In this document: one piece after another, positions 62,601 through 64,000 of the stretch | How positions within the stretch are numbered: position 1 is the stretch's first letter | How the letters are laid out: the number at the start of each line of letters is the position of its first letter | Source: Octopus vulgaris | Taxonomy: Eukaryota | DNA length: 64,000 bases | Direction of reading: 5' to 3' | Assembly (NCBI GenBank): GCA_951406725.2 | Contig: OX597838.1 | Location: 10,540,001-10,604,000 of the forward strand | The notes under the pieces: model-generated | Seen by the model: only the letters and a program-made list of their open reading frames with translations | Databases searched by the model: none | Told to the model about the DNA's origin: nothing | Made by a program: the position numbers and the translations under genes

Positions 62601-64000
62601 CACAGCTGTCAGATGTTAAAATCAAGAAGATCCATAATCAAAGACATTCCAGTTTGTGACCATCTCATCTTTTTAGGGGCATAAGGACCTATATTATCCA
62701 CAGTCTCCTTTCTAATTTTCAAGATGGTAGAGTATTATCTGATGGAAATTTTACTACTATTTCAAACTGGTTAAGTGACCACCACCACTGTTGGATCAGT
62801 ACAGTAATGAAAGCAAGTACCTTAAAATTCCATGTAGAATACACAGATTTGTTTTTTTTTCACCAATATCAAGATTAAAATTAGGGGTGCTTATTATATT
62901 AAAACTTCAAAGTTTTCACCCAACCAATTATATAAAAATGGTTAATTAAACATTATTTTAATGATATTTTTTTATTATCATGCATGACTGTCAGTGTACT
63001 GATCGGAGGAAATAGAAGAGTGCGAACCATATTTAGTGTTGTCGTGTCTCTGCAATCTGAATTCTGCCTGAGTTGACCCTGCCTTTCATTGGTCAGAGAT
63101 CAATAAAATATATACAAAAGGTGAGAATAGGCATGAAAACCAAATTGAAAACAGCAAGTTTGGCATTTTTTTTTACCAACCTCTCCTCTTCTGAGGATTA
63201 AATGCTGATACGTTACTGCACCAACACTAGCATGGTTTCCATGGCTAGATGTCCTTCTGAACACCAAGTACTTTATAGAGTGTACCGGGTGCATTTACAA
63301 AAGCACAAGGACTAGATAGAGGAGGGGTTATCAGTTCCTCAACAAAACTAAAAGGTCTTCTCAATCTTGGTATTTCCGATCAATCCTTTTGTTCAGCAAC
63401 CACTTATTAGACGATTATTAGACTGCGGCCATGCTGCAGCACCACCTTGAAGAATTTTTTTTAGACAAAACAAATCGATCCCAGTAATTATTTTCGTTTT
63501 TTTTAAGCCTGGCACCTATTCTGTCAGTCTCTATTTGCTGAACTGCTGGATTATGAGACCATAAACATACAAACATACTGAGTGTATTGAAGGCTTTCAA
63601 TATTGGCACCAGTACTAAAAGACAATGTTTTATTAGAGAGAGAGAGAGAGAGAGAGAAGATAAAAAGGAGAAAGAAACATACCAAAAAGGGAGGAGGGGG
63701 GGGGGCAGAAGAGATAGACAAGTTTTAGCAGCAGTAAAATCAGTCTTACCTACCTACTACTACTACTACTACTACAACAGCCCAAATTACATGGATATCA
63801 CTGGAGTATAATTAGTAGTGACTTTTAAGGGATAGTTAAACAATGACACATACACACGGAAATTATAACACAAAATTTCGTCTGTACATATATGTGTGTG
63901 TATCTAGTAAAATACATTCTTTTGATCTAAGAATACACCATATACAGTATGTGATGTATTACTAAACCATTCAAAATATTTAAAATGTACTGAATAATGC

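Overview
AT-rich, microsatellite-dense eukaryotic non-coding DNA, probably intergenic or intronic. The repeat families look like those of an octopus genome; this is recalled, not searched. I recognise no intact host gene: the listed ORFs come from SINEs, microsatellites or decayed transposons. The window holds three tRNA-derived SINE heads (called A, B, C here) and a headless (GAT)n-tailed family D, TTAA piggyBac-type MITEs, Tc1/mariner relics, one non-autonomous Helitron, and RTE, CR1/L2, Tx1/L1-like and Penelope-like fossils. Most notable: (1) fold-back elements embedded in (TA)n, including a minimal hammerhead ribozyme motif (26738-26775) and a perfect 118-bp-arm palindrome (27729-27974) flanking an internally inverted Penelope RT fossil; (2) a Tx1/L1-like LINE 3' end that shares its tail with SINE B, plus a GGTAT bias at SINE B insertion junctions; (3) two young minisatellites born from a mariner MITE end and from the SINE B head; (4) tail swapping among SINEs and multi-level nested insertions. 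Boundaries of decayed repeats are approximate.
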